Under the pieces are notes generated by a model. It had not been told where the DNA came from, ran no database searches, and saw only the letters and a list, made by a program, of their open reading frames with translations. The position numbers were made by a program, and so were the translations under genes. From Candidatus Binataceae bacterium (GTDB lineage: Bacteria > Desulfobacterota > Binatia > Binatales > Binataceae): a stretch of 64,000 nt of DNA. The stretch is taken from the NCBI GenBank assembly GCA_035531675.1, contig DATKSL010000008.1:1982-65981 (forward strand), read 5' to 3'. Positions 63,237-64,000 of the stretch are shown here, piece by piece; position 1 is the first letter of the stretch, and the number at the start of each line of letters is the position of its first letter.

Positions 63237-64000
63237 ATGACGGCCAAGGAGGAAAAAGCGCTCGCGATTATCCGCCGGCTCCATCGGGCGGGCTTCAAGG
63301 CCTACCTGGCGGGCGGATGTGTGCGCGACCGCCTGCTCGGCGTCGAGCCGAAAGACTACGACATCGTGACCGACGCCCGTCCCGAGGTGGTGCAGCAGAC
63401 CTTCGAGCGCACCGTCGCCGTCGGCGCCCGCTTCGGCGTGATCGTCGTGATTCTCGACGGCGACAATTTCGAGGTCGCGACCTTTCGCGCCGACGCCGCC
63501 TATCTCGACGGGCGGCGCCCCTCGGCGGTGCGCTTCGGCACTATCGAAGAGGACGCGCTGCGGCGCGACTTCACGATCGGCGGGATGTACTTCGATCTCG
63601 AAAGTGCCAAGGTCATCGACCTGGTCGGCGGCGCGCGCGACTTGCGCGCCGGAATCATCCGCGCCATCGGCAACGTTTACGAACGCTTCGAAGAAGATCG
63701 CCTGCGCATCCTGCGCGCCGTCCGCTTCGGCGCGCGGCTCGGCTTCGCGATCGATCCTGCTACCTGGACCGCGATCAAGCGCGCCGCCGCGACTATCACC
63801 ACGGTCTCGGCCGAGCGGATCGGCGAGGAGCTGGTGATGATCATGACCGAGGGCGGCGCCGCGCGCGGGCTCGACCTCATGATGGAGTGCGGGCTCGTCG
63901 AAACCCTGCTGCCGGAGGTGATGCCGCTGGTGGGATGCGAGCAGCCGGCCAATTTCCATCCCGAGGGCGACGTCTACGTGCATACGCGGCTGATGCTTTC
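63237..64000 (+). CDS. cca: CCA-adding tRNA nucleotidyltransferase (class II, HD domain), 3-prime partial at window edge
   Basis: Translated by hand from ATG 63237: MTAKEEKALAIIRRLHRAGFKAYLAGGCVRDRLLGVEPKDYDIVTDA ... RRDFTIGGMY ... EDRLRILRAVRF ... HPEGDVYVHT. It is absent from the ORF track because no stop lies within the window. Confidence 0.75.
   Translation, partial: MTAKEEKALAIIRRLHRAGFKAYLAGGCVRDRLLGVEPKDYDIVTDARPEVVQQTFERTVAVGARFGVIVVILDGDNFEVATFRADAAYLDGRRPSAVRFGTIEEDALRRDFTIGGMYFDLESAKVIDLVGGARDLRAGIIRAIGNVYERFEEDRLRILRAVRFGARLGFAIDPATWTAIKRAAATITTVSAERIGEELVMIMTEGGAARGLDLMMECGLVETLLPEVMPLVGCEQPANFHPEGDVYVHTRLML

Noticed and set aside
63108-63983. 291-aa minus-strand ORF at the right edge.
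   Set aside because: The plus strand encodes a clear CCA-adding enzyme from ATG 63237. It is not in the track only because it has no stop in the window. The minus ORF is its shadow.

Overview
High-G+C bacterial chromosome segment of about 60 genes. Most are core housekeeping genes arranged in proteobacteria-like syntenic blocks.

Main blocks:
- mutL-miaA-accA
- pheA-hisC-tyrA-cmk-rpsA-ihfB
- rpsO-pnp plus an M16 peptidase
- lrp-gltB-gltD
- priA and tatA
- tRNA-Val, then thrS-infC-rpmI-rplT-pheS-pheT-ihfA-merR
- crcB plus a DUF190 gene, an AI-2E transporter, and a partial cca at the right edge

Accessory content:
- a complete TonB-ExbB-ExbD plus TonB-dependent receptor operon with small exported proteins
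- two gentisate-dioxygenase-like bicupins
- a visibly low-G+C islet encoding a Thr-rich secreted peptide
- a HIT / ChlI-like AAA+ / vWA module
- a cytoplasmic PAS histidine kinase and NtrC-type sigma-54 activator divergent from a large membrane GT2 synthase that has a near-consensus sigma-54 promoter
- a redox gene island: SagB-type dehydrogenase, muconolactone-isomerase-like protein, acyl-CoA dehydrogenase, redoxin, YbjQ and an AhpD-like protein

Most notable observation: two genes, an ArsC-family reductase and a redoxin-DsbD_N fusion, are each interrupted by a single in-frame TGA exactly at the redox-active cysteine. Each TGA is followed by a hairpin. They are best read as UGA-recoded selenoproteins that a standard ORF caller splits or truncates.

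No CRISPR arrays, rRNA genes, transposases or integrases were seen. Many long ORFs in the six-frame track are antisense or alternative-frame shadows typical of high-G+C DNA and were not called.
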